Positions 27,320 through 29,666 of a DNA stretch of 29,666 nucleotides are shown here, one piece after another. Each line of letters opens with the position of its first letter. Position 1 is the first letter of the stretch. Position numbers and translations under genes: made by a program. The notes under the pieces were generated by a model. That model was not told where the DNA came from, ran no database searches, and saw only the letters and a list, made by a program, of their open reading frames with translations. This stretch comes from a virus (taxonomy: Duplodnaviria > Heunggongvirae > Uroviricota > Caudoviricetes), in the IMG/VR virus record IMGVR_UViG_2695420874_000005. The stretch is one strand, 5' to 3'.

Positions 27320-27436
27320 AACTCCTCCTGAAACAGAGCCGGTTTTTAGCCATGTCCGGCGCATGGTCTTGTGGTACTATCCAATTGCTTTCACTCCAAA
27401 TGTAAGCAAGTAGTTCGTAACACAAGGAATAACGAC

Positions 27437-27613
27437 ATGAATGATTTAGAAAAAACCAAGTTTCTTTTTGAGCAGACCTGTTCAGTCATTGGCGGAGCAC
27501 TTACTGAACAATCAGTAATGCCTGTTCCTGTAGAAACCCGAGCTTCACGCTTATTTGATGCTATCTATCCAGTTCTTGAGAAAAAACTCGAAGAAAAACT
27601 CGCGAAAAAATAG
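27437..27613 (+). CDS. small hypothetical protein, 58 aa, antisense to the early operon
   Basis: ATG 27437 with SD AAGGAA 8 nt upstream; Lys/Glu-rich C-terminus (EKKLEEKLAKK). Confidence 0.4.
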   Translation: MNDLEKTKFLFEQTCSVIGGALTEQSVMPVPVETRASRLFDAIYPVLEKKLEEKLAKK

Positions 27614-27616
27614 GCA

Positions 27617-27805
27617 TTACTCGCACTGGTGAATAAAGTCCAGTACGCCAGCGATAACGCTGATATCTTTGCCGGACACCTGTTTATCTAAGCGTCCGGC
27701 CTCTTCTTTGATGAAATCCCCGATTTTTACCGCCAGTTCTAAAATTTCTCTCTGCGTCAGTGCCTTATCTGTGCCGCACTGGTTCGTACTATTTTTGTTC
27801 GCCAT
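27617..27805 (-). CDS. small hypothetical protein, 62 aa
   Basis: ATG 27805 with SD AAGGGGAA; convergent with the 58-aa plus-strand ORF. Confidence 0.45.
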   Translation of the reverse strand: MANKNSTNQCGTDKALTQREILELAVKIGDFIKEEAGRLDKQVSGKDISVIAGVLDFIHQCE

Positions 27806-27859
27806 GATGTTCCCCTTATGCCGTCCGCCCTGTTGCTGACAGCCTGATTTAGCAATGAT

Positions 27860-28132
27860 TTAAAGCCCCATCCACAGCAGCCACGCGTCCCGCTGTTCTA
27901 TCGGTCGGTTGTAGAATGCCTCACGCACACCACGATTGAACTCAGGAATGAAAACCAGTTTGTCTCCTGCACGAGCATTCGGCTTAGTTGGATCGCGAAA
28001 TTCAACTACCGGCAACTTGTTAGCTTTGATCATTTCAACGACCGCAGTACGCGGTTTTCCGAGCAATTCTGCAAACTTGTCAGGGTGTACCGCATCAATC
28101 GGATACTTAACCACATAGTTGTTTGCGTCCAT
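27860..28132 (-). CDS. cox: Cox-like excisionase/transcriptional regulator, 90 aa
   Basis: C-terminus ...YNRPIEQRDAWLLWMGL resembles P2 Cox (…RDGWLMWLGL); ATG 28132 with GAGAGG upstream; divergent from C. Confidence 0.8.
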   Translation of the reverse strand: MDANNYVVKYPIDAVHPDKFAELLGKPRTAVVEMIKANKLPVVEFRDPTKPNARAGDKLVFIPEFNRGVREAFYNRPIEQRDAWLLWMGL

Positions 28133-28279
28133 AAAACACACCTCTCGTGCTAATCTTATCCGTCCAGCCCTCTTAAAACCGCTCAGGATCGTTCCTGACT
28201 GGCTGGACTCACGCCCCAAAAGGTTTCCGAACAAGTACCTTTTGAGGGGAATATAGTCTCCATAGGGGAACCATGTCAA
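28133..28279. promoter_or_regulatory. lysis-lysogeny switch region (Pe/Pc promoters and operators) between cox and C
   Basis: 147-bp divergent intergenic region; contains dyad CCCCAAAAGGT-N12-ACCTTTTGAGGGG (28214-28249) and candidate -10 TATAGT (28252-28257). Confidence 0.5.
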
Positions 28280-28573
28280 ATGAAAATATCGGAGAAACTT
28301 CGCGCTATTCGCAAGGCCGAGGGATTAACACAAAAAAAATTTTGCGAGCTTAGTGGATTAGCACTTAGTTCGTTGAAAAATTATGAAGGTGGACATAAAG
28401 AGCCAGGACTACAAATCGTAAAGCAAGTAGTCAACACACCGCTGTTTAAAAAATATACATTATGGATTATGACAGATGAGATTGCGCCAGAATCCGGGCA
28501 GATTTCCCCGGTCGTCGCACACTCTGGGCCAGAAGAAACAACATCGTCACACTCAGGCCGCAAAACTGGCTAA
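28280..28573 (+). CDS. C: immunity repressor (P2 C-like, HTH), 97 aa
   Basis: HTH N-terminus; C-terminus ...PESGQISPVVAHSGPEETTSSHSGRKTG close to P2 C as recalled; SD GGGGAA upstream. Confidence 0.85.
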   Translation: MKISEKLRAIRKAEGLTQKKFCELSGLALSSLKNYEGGHKEPGLQIVKQVVNTPLFKKYTLWIMTDEIAPESGQISPVVAHSGPEETTSSHSGRKTG

Positions 28574-28685
28574 CTATTTACCGACATTACATGCACATAA
28601 AATGCATGTTACTGGTAAAAAAATATTCATCACACAACCACAAAGGGCTAAACAACAAGAAAACTCGTGTTCATCGGGGGGCTTT

Positions 28686-29666
28686 ATGAGTATCAGAAAG
28701 CTCGATGATGGACGTTATGAAGTGGATATCAGGCCTCGCGGTCGCGATGGAAAACGCATCCGCAGGAAATTTGAAAGAAAAGCTGAAGCGGTAGCATTTG
28801 AGCGATACACAATCGTCAATGCCAGTCAGAAAGAATGGGGAGGCCAGCGAGCAGACCGCCGAACTTTGACAGAATTGCTCGACATCTGGTGGAAATACCA
28901 CGGGCAAAACCACGAGCATGGGACAAAAGAGTTTAATCATCTGCTCAAAACCATCAGCGGCATAGGTGATATACCAGTGAGTCGGATGAACAAAAGGGCT
29001 TTGATGGATTATCGCTCCATGCGACTACGTGATGGCATCAGTGCTGCAACGATAAACCGCGACATGTACCGATTATCCGGCATGTTCACAAAATTAATTC
29101 AATTGGATGAATTTTCCGGGCAACACCCAATTCACGGACTGCCGCCACTGACGGAGGCTAACCCTGAAATGACGTTCCTGGAAAAAGCAGAAATCGAAAA
29201 ACTGCTAAATGTTTTGACTGGTGATGACTTACTTGTCGCGCTTTTATGTCTGAGCACTGGAGGAAGATGGACGGAAGTTGCCACGCTAAAACCAGCACAG
29301 ATTACAAGTTGCAGGGTTACCTTCCTGAAAACCAAAAACGGTAAAAAGCGAACAGTGCCGATTTCTGAGGAACTGGAGAAAAAAGTTAAAGAGGAGGCCA
29401 GCGCCAAATTGTTCAAGGTAGATTATGAGAAGTTTTGCGGGATTTTACGCAGAGTGAAACCTGATATACCTCCCAATCAGGCAACCCACATTCTGCGGCA
29501 TACATTCGCAAGCCATTTCATGATGAATGGGGGCAACATAATTGCACTGCAACAGATTCTGGGGCATGCGAGCATTCAGCAGACAATGACCTATGCGCAC
29601 CTTGCGCCTGACTACCTGCAGAACGCCGTCGCTCTGAATCCACTAAAAGGCGGAGTGACGTTATAA
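28686..29666 (+). CDS. int: tyrosine integrase (P2 Int-like), 326 aa
   Basis: Start MSIRKLDDGRYEVDIRPRGRDGKRIRRKF (P2 Int-like) at ATG 28686 after GGGGGG; C-terminal ...HxLRHTFASHF...YAH catalytic motifs; the ORF-track upstream extension is rejected. Confidence 0.9.
   Translation: MSIRKLDDGRYEVDIRPRGRDGKRIRRKFERKAEAVAFERYTIVNASQKEWGGQRADRRTLTELLDIWWKYHGQNHEHGTKEFNHLLKTISGIGDIPVSRMNKRALMDYRSMRLRDGISAATINRDMYRLSGMFTKLIQLDEFSGQHPIHGLPPLTEANPEMTFLEKAEIEKLLNVLTGDDLLVALLCLSTGGRWTEVATLKPAQITSCRVTFLKTKNGKKRTVPISEELEKKVKEEASAKLFKVDYEKFCGILRRVKPDIPPNQATHILRHTFASHFMMNGGNIIALQQILGHASIQQTMTYAHLAPDYLQNAVALNPLKGGVTL

Larger units (their letters stand above)
1..29666. mobile_element. P2-like prophage, near-complete segment from gene D to int; att sites and ogr outside window
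   Basis: Collinear gene order and protein lengths matching phage P2 (D,U,T,E/E',FII,FI,G,H,I,J,W,V,lysis,X,L,M,N,O,P,Q,cos,A,B,cox,C,int); P2 cos 19-mer present; window ends coincide with the stop codons of D and int. Confidence 0.9.

Noticed and set aside
28133-28279. Extended Cox ORF (139 aa) reaching the C start
   Set aside because: Cox-family proteins are about 90 aa; the internal ATG at 28132 has an SD, and the extension would remove the entire switch region.
28476-28685. 5' extension of the integrase ORF (396 aa in the ORF track)
   Set aside because: The P2 Int-like sequence begins at the internal ATG 28686, preceded by a G-rich SD; the extension would overlap the C gene.
1-29666. CRISPR arrays, rRNA/tRNA genes, transposases or insertion sequences
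   Set aside because: No short direct repeats with regular spacers, no tRNA-like structures and no transposase-like ORF were seen; the only tandem repeat lies inside tail fibre gene H.

Overview
This window is almost an entire P2-like (Peduovirus-type) temperate prophage from an enterobacterial host, running from the stop codon of tail gene D (pos 1-3) to the stop codon of the integrase (29664-29666). Everything here is from reading the sequence and ORF track and from remembered P2 biology; no database search was run. Gene order and most protein lengths match P2: D-U-T-E/E'-FII-FI-G-H-I-J-W-V, lysis cassette lysC/lysB/lysA-K-Y, X-L-M-N-O (all minus strand), divergent P-Q (plus), cos, then A, small early genes, B, cox (minus) and C-int (plus). 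The attachment sites and ogr lie outside the window. The most interesting region is a compositionally distinct, AT-rich cargo island of about 3.3 kb (19936-23281) sitting where P2 carries tin/old, between cos/Q and replication gene A. It encodes a complete C5-cytosine DNA methyltransferase convergent with a translationally coupled two-gene operon: a 391-aa protein with an N-terminal ParB/Srx-like domain and a 318-aa protein with no motif I can recognise. I regard it as a candidate restriction-modification-like or undescribed anti-phage module. Other notable points: tail-completion genes R and S appear to be missing between the lysis cassette and V; the Z/fun slot between G and FI is empty; an extra convergent pair of small ORFs lies between cox and the orf78-like gene; and tail-fibre gene H carries three tandem 132-bp repeats.
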